Below, piece after piece: positions 8,125 to 11,059 of a stretch of 11,059 bases of DNA. The position numbers and the translations under genes are program-made. The DNA is taken from contig JAVZHQ010000004.1 in the NCBI GenBank assembly GCA_038998335.1, forward strand, positions 1 to 11,059. The letters are read 5' to 3'. The notes beneath the pieces were generated by a model that saw only the letters and a program-made list of their open reading frames with translations, did no database searches and was not told where the DNA came from. The DNA is from Candidatus Aenigmatarchaeota archaeon. Lineage in GTDB: Archaea > Aenigmatarchaeota > Aenigmatarchaeia > CG10238-14 > SCSR01. The first letter of the stretch is position 1, and the number at the start of each line of letters is the position of its first letter.

Positions 8125-8163
8125 GTATTATAGCCGTAGACAAACGTATTATAAGTGTAGACA
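8125..8163 (+). repeat. Iteron cluster 1 (two 18-bp repeats)
   Basis: GTATTATAGCCGTAGACA (8125-8142) and GTATTATAAGTGTAGACA (8146-8163); 21-bp period. Confidence 0.85.
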
Positions 8164-8210
8164 ACGCACCCTGGAGGGCCCATAAAATCTACTTTTTTTT
8201 GTCCGCAGTA

Positions 8211-8250
8211 TAGGACAATTGCGGGTAATTAGGGGCAATTATGGGCAATT
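8211..8250 (+). repeat. Four 10-bp tandem repeats (nnGGGCAATT consensus)
   Basis: TAGGACAATT / GCGGGTAATT / AGGGGCAATT / ATGGGCAATT. Confidence 0.8.
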
Positions 8251-8312
8251 ATTTTAATAATCGCGAAAGGAGGAAGAGAAGCGGGCTATGGAGAAGCAAA
8301 ATTGTTTTTATG

Positions 8313-8350
8313 CGTGAGATTTCGTGAGATTTTTCTTAAATTTTCTTAAA
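8313..8350 (+). repeat. Two pairs of perfect 10-bp tandem repeats
   Basis: CGTGAGATTT x2 (8313-8332) and TTTTCTTAAA x2 (8331-8350). Confidence 0.8.
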
Positions 8351-8355
8351 AAATG

Positions 8356-8414
8356 GTATTATAGCTGTAGACAAACGTATTATAAGTGTAGACAACGTAT
8401 TATAGCCGTAGACA
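8356..8414 (+). repeat. Iteron cluster 2 (three 18-bp repeats)
   Basis: GTATTATAGCTGTAGACA (8356-8373), GTATTATAAGTGTAGACA (8377-8394), GTATTATAGCCGTAGACA (8397-8414); periods of 21 and 20 bp. Confidence 0.85.
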
Positions 8415-8456
8415 TCATACCCCTGAAAGGCGCATGTAGTCTACGTTTGGAGGTGC

Positions 8457-8508
8457 TTAAAGAAATATATAATGATAAAGAAAGAAAGAAATAAAAAAAG
8501 AAAGAAAA
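8457..8508. other. A-rich tract, candidate DNA unwinding element
   Basis: TTAAAGAAATATATAATGATAAAGAAAGAAAGAAATAAAAAAAGAAAGAAAA has no C and lies ~45 bp downstream of the last iteron. Confidence 0.5.
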
Positions 8509-8535
8509 GCGCGCCTTTAGGGCGCGCTTTCTTTC
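8500..8535. terminator. GC-rich hairpin: bidirectional intrinsic terminator or ssi-type priming hairpin
   Basis: Perfect 10-bp stem AAAGCGCGCC (8506-8515) / GGCGCGCTTT (8521-8530) with a 5-nt loop, extended by GAAAG/CTTTC. A-rich on the left and T-rich on the right. Confidence 0.55.
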
Positions 8536-9096
8536 ATCAATGAGTTAGTGTCCCTTTTCTTTATTGTTTAAAACTTTATCATTCGGATTAGTCTTATGTT
8601 CTTGTTCTTCTGCCTCTTGGTCATCATCTGCCATCTTGTGCATTACCCTTGTCCCTACCTACCTGCCTGCTCTGCTCGCCTACTAATCCTACCCCACCTA
8701 TCCTGCTCATCTACTAACTGTGATTGGGTCTTTCTACCAGTGCTACCTCTGTTCTACATTTACCTCTTTCCAGCACCTTTTCTTTTCAACGCTTTTTACT
8801 TCTACCAATTTCAAATTCTAGCTACTACCCACTCATAGCTACTCCCACAGTTCCGATCAATCAACCTACTTCTTGATTTTACTTTAGCTTCACCCTGGGG
8901 TTGTTTCTTCTCCCTTTTTCTTCTAGAATTACAAAGCCATGTCTTTCAATTCTTTCTCAACTTAAACCCAACCATTAAACCCTTAAAACTACTCAACCTT
9001 TAATCCTCATAAATTTTGCAAAATTAAGTCGTAGAACCGTGAATTCATCAACGTTTGAAGTACTCCTTTTCAGAAAAATTCGTTTTGCCTTTTATT

Positions 9097-9173
9097 TTGG
9101 CTTTAAATGCCCCTATTTGAAGAGGGTAAGGGTTGTAATATGGGGTAATTAATTCACAAGTCTTTAAAGCCAA
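9097..9173. repeat. 11-bp perfect inverted repeat enclosing an inner imperfect stem
   Basis: TTGGCTTTAAA (9097-9107) / TTTAAAGCCAA (9163-9173); inner stem TGCCCCTATT (9108-9117) / AATATGGGGTA (9137-9147). Confidence 0.7.
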
Positions 9174-9217
9174 TTTAGCTTAATTTTGAGTTTTTGTGGT
9201 TTGAAACAGACGGAAAG

Positions 9218-9868
9218 CTAGATGTATTCTTCCATTTTCGCCCTTAATTTTTCTTGTTCCAAAGGTGAGAGCTGGTAATTCAAGGTCTTGATAGCGTTTC
9301 TGATAGCTTCAAATTCTTCCGTCACCTTCTGATATGCCTCTTTTCCAGTTTTAGATCTAAAGGCTGAGCTATCGTAGTTTTCTAAGTTAGTCAGGTGTTT
9401 AATTTCTTCAAAGAATTTAACCTCCCACTTGAGATCCCTTTCAATGAGGTCAACAAGAGTTGGATAGTTTTGTCTGTAAAATTCTCTCTTTTTCGCATAC
9501 CTTTTTAGCAATCCTTCAAGTATGAGCATGTATAGGAAAAACTCAGGGTTGAGGCCTTCTCTGTATGCCATATCTTCAATCAAAGTAAGAACAAATTTAA
9601 ATCTGATTGGGATTAATAACCAAGTTGCCTCTGGTGAACTTTTAATTGCCTGTTCAAGTTCTTCCAGATCTTTTGCCTCCTGAGTTTTTTCTTCTTTCAC
9701 AAAATGGCGAAATTTTGGTTTCATAATTATCACCCCTTTTTTGTATTTTTTATCAACACTAATCTGCAAATACCAAAATGCTTTATACTTCGGAGCTTTA
9801 GCCAGTTTCTCAATCAGCCTTTTCTCAATCTTCTTTATATCTTCAATCAGTTCTTTAAACGTCCTCAT
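9218..9868 (-). CDS. Hypothetical protein with internal ribbon-helix-helix-like segment
   Basis: 216-aa ORF whose start overlaps the integrase 3' end by 14 bp. The segment WLLIPIRFKFVLTLIEDMAYREGLNPEFFLYMLILEGL has a beta-helix-G-turn-helix pattern. Confidence 0.7.
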   Translation of the reverse strand: MRTFKELIEDIKKIEKRLIEKLAKAPKYKAFWYLQISVDKKYKKGVIIMKPKFRHFVKEEKTQEAKDLEELEQAIKSSPEATWLLIPIRFKFVLTLIEDMAYREGLNPEFFLYMLILEGLLKRYAKKREFYRQNYPTLVDLIERDLKWEVKFFEEIKHLTNLENYDSSAFRSKTGKEAYQKVTEEFEAIRNAIKTLNYQLSPLEQEKLRAKMEEYI

Positions 9869-11059
9869 CGCCTTTTAGTTTGGTAAACAAGTAGGAATTT
9901 AACTTTTCTATCGAAATTTTCAAATGATTAGGATCAGCATGAAGATATCTTTCTGTTGTTGTAATTGAACTATGCCCCATAAGCTCTTTCAAGGAATAAA
10001 TATCAATTCCTGCTCTTAAAGCATTAACTGCAAAAATATGTCTAAGCATGTAAGGTGAAACTACTTTCTTAAGTCCTGCTTTTTTACTCGCTCTTCTTAG
10101 CTGAGGAGAGATTTCATAAATAGGTCTACCATTTTTGCCAAAGACAAAATTTGAAGAGGAATTAATTGCCTTTAATTCTTTCAAGATTTTGATAGCCTCT
10201 TCACTAAGTGGAATTACCCTTTCTTCTCTATCCTTGACTTGACTTCCAGGCTTTTTACGAACAAATAAAAGTCCATTTTCAAAATCAATATCCTTCCATT
10301 CAAGATTTGCAACTTCCTTAGGTCTAAGTCCAGTTAGAACAGTAAGCAAAACTCTTGCTTTTAAAACAGGGTGATGGTTTAAAGCTTGTAAGAAAACTTT
10401 AAGTTCAGATGGAGTGAGAAAATAAAAAACTTTCTTGTGTTCTGGTAGCATAGGGAATTTTTTGATATTATGTCCCGAAATTAAGCCAACCTCAATAGCC
10501 CAGTTTAAAGCCTTGCGAATTAAACCGATATCCATGTTAACTGTTCGGTTGCTTGCTCCTTCTGCCTTCCTTTTGGCTTGATATTTTAAAAGCACAGAGG
10601 TTGTCAAGTTTTTCAAAGAAAGTGAACCTAACTCACGAAGAAGTCTTTTGGCACAACTGTAGTTTATTTCCATCGTTGCAGAACTAACCCTATGTCTTGC
10701 ATTTTCCAAATACAAGCCTATTAACCATTTTAAACTCCCCTCTTTAGCTCCCTTTAAATCTTCCTTTTTTTCTTTTCTTTTTTGTTCTTGCCAAGGTTTA
10801 CCAGTAAATTTTTCGTAAAATTCTGCTAAAACCTGTTTTAAAGAAAGGGCATCATCAATAGTATAAAGCTTTTTTTCAAGAAACTTCTTAACTTCTTCTC
10901 TAAAAACCTGCTTTTGTTCATTTCCAATATTTACTCCGCGATGAACTCTTATCACAGTTTTGCCAGTTTTTACCCTAATATCAACAGTGACAACCTTTCT
11001 ATCTTTTTCACAATAAAGAGTTACAGAAAGAGATTTTTTAAGACTTAGAGACTCTAATC
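9855..11059 (-). CDS. Tyrosine recombinase / phage-type integrase (5' end probably outside the window)
   Basis: TGLRPKEV (R), VKDR (K), PYMLRH (H/Y-x-x-R) and LMGHSSITTTERY (H, Y nucleophile), plus a SAM-like core-binding region. The frame has no stop upstream of GTG 10955 through to the edge (LESLSLKKSLSVTLYCEKDRKVVTVDIRVKTGKT). Confidence 0.95.
   Translation of the reverse strand, partial: LESLSLKKSLSVTLYCEKDRKVVTVDIRVKTGKTVIRVHRGVNIGNEQKQVFREEVKKFLEKKLYTIDDALSLKQVLAEFYEKFTGKPWQEQKRKEKKEDLKGAKEGSLKWLIGLYLENARHRVSSATMEINYSCAKRLLRELGSLSLKNLTTSVLLKYQAKRKAEGASNRTVNMDIGLIRKALNWAIEVGLISGHNIKKFPMLPEHKKVFYFLTPSELKVFLQALNHHPVLKARVLLTVLTGLRPKEVANLEWKDIDFENGLLFVRKKPGSQVKDREERVIPLSEEAIKILKELKAINSSSNFVFGKNGRPIYEISPQLRRASKKAGLKKVVSPYMLRHIFAVNALRAGIDIYSLKELMGHSSITTTERYLHADPNHLKISIEKLNSYLFTKLKGDEDV

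Larger units (their letters stand above)
7855..9217. other. Putative replication origin region (oriV)
   Basis: Long non-coding gap between convergent operons, containing iterons, 10-bp phased repeats, an A-rich tract and hairpins, next to rep and primase-helicase genes. Confidence 0.7.
915..11059. mobile_element. Integrative element (integrated plasmid / satellite-like island); boundaries not determined
   Basis: Integrase, primase-helicase, Rep-like initiator, iteron origin, small regulators and orphan genes occur together. No att site is visible. Confidence 0.75.

Noticed and set aside
8112-8155. Sigma70 promoter from TTGACA (8112-8117) with TATTAT/TATAAT inside the iterons
   Set aside because: Spacing to the -10-like hexamers is 8 or 29 bp rather than 16-18, and the minus-strand TATAAT copies lack a properly spaced -35.
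8288-8317. 9-codon ORF after AAAGGAGG between the iteron clusters
   Set aside because: The SD is ~14 nt from the ATG and the peptide is tiny.
8125-8414. CRISPR array interpretation of the 18-bp repeats
   Set aside because: Repeats are separated by only 2-3 bp with no unique spacers, and no cas genes are present. The 20-21-bp period next to a rep gene fits iterons.
8545-8643. 32-aa acidic minus-strand ORF (MHKMADDDQEAEEQEHK...)
   Set aside because: Short, weak RBS, and expected from the purine-rich strand; cannot be supported.
8596-8838. 80-aa hydrophobic plus-strand ORF
   Set aside because: Its L/P/F/C-rich composition is explained by the pyrimidine-rich tract; no SD.
9704-9886. 60-aa plus-strand ORF
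   Set aside because: Antisense to the 216-aa gene and the integrase end.

Overview
AT-rich bacterial DNA whose K/E-rich proteins weakly suggest a thermophile. Most of it looks like an integrative mobile element (integrated plasmid or satellite-like island). Right end: a tyrosine integrase whose ORF stays open to the window edge, overlapped by a 216-aa gene with a ribbon-helix-helix-like segment. Centre, on the + strand: a replication operon of an AbrB-like regulator, an apparently catalytically dead TOPRIM protein, a Zn-finger/TOPRIM primase fused to a RepA/AAA_25-type helicase, and a winged-helix Rep-like initiator. After it lies a ~1.35-kb non-coding putative origin with five 18-bp iterons in two duplicated modules, 10-bp phased repeats, an A-rich tract, a GC hairpin and a strand-biased CTAC-rich tract. 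Transcribed divergently from a near-consensus sigma70 promoter are a 912-aa orphan with a possible C-terminal sigma-region-4-like HTH, a coupled lipoprotein, and an exported S1/P1 nuclease/Zn-phospholipase C family gene that is absent from the ORF track and cut by the left edge. No att site, tRNA, CRISPR array, relaxase or phage structural gene was recognised. All family calls come from motif reading by eye, not database searches.
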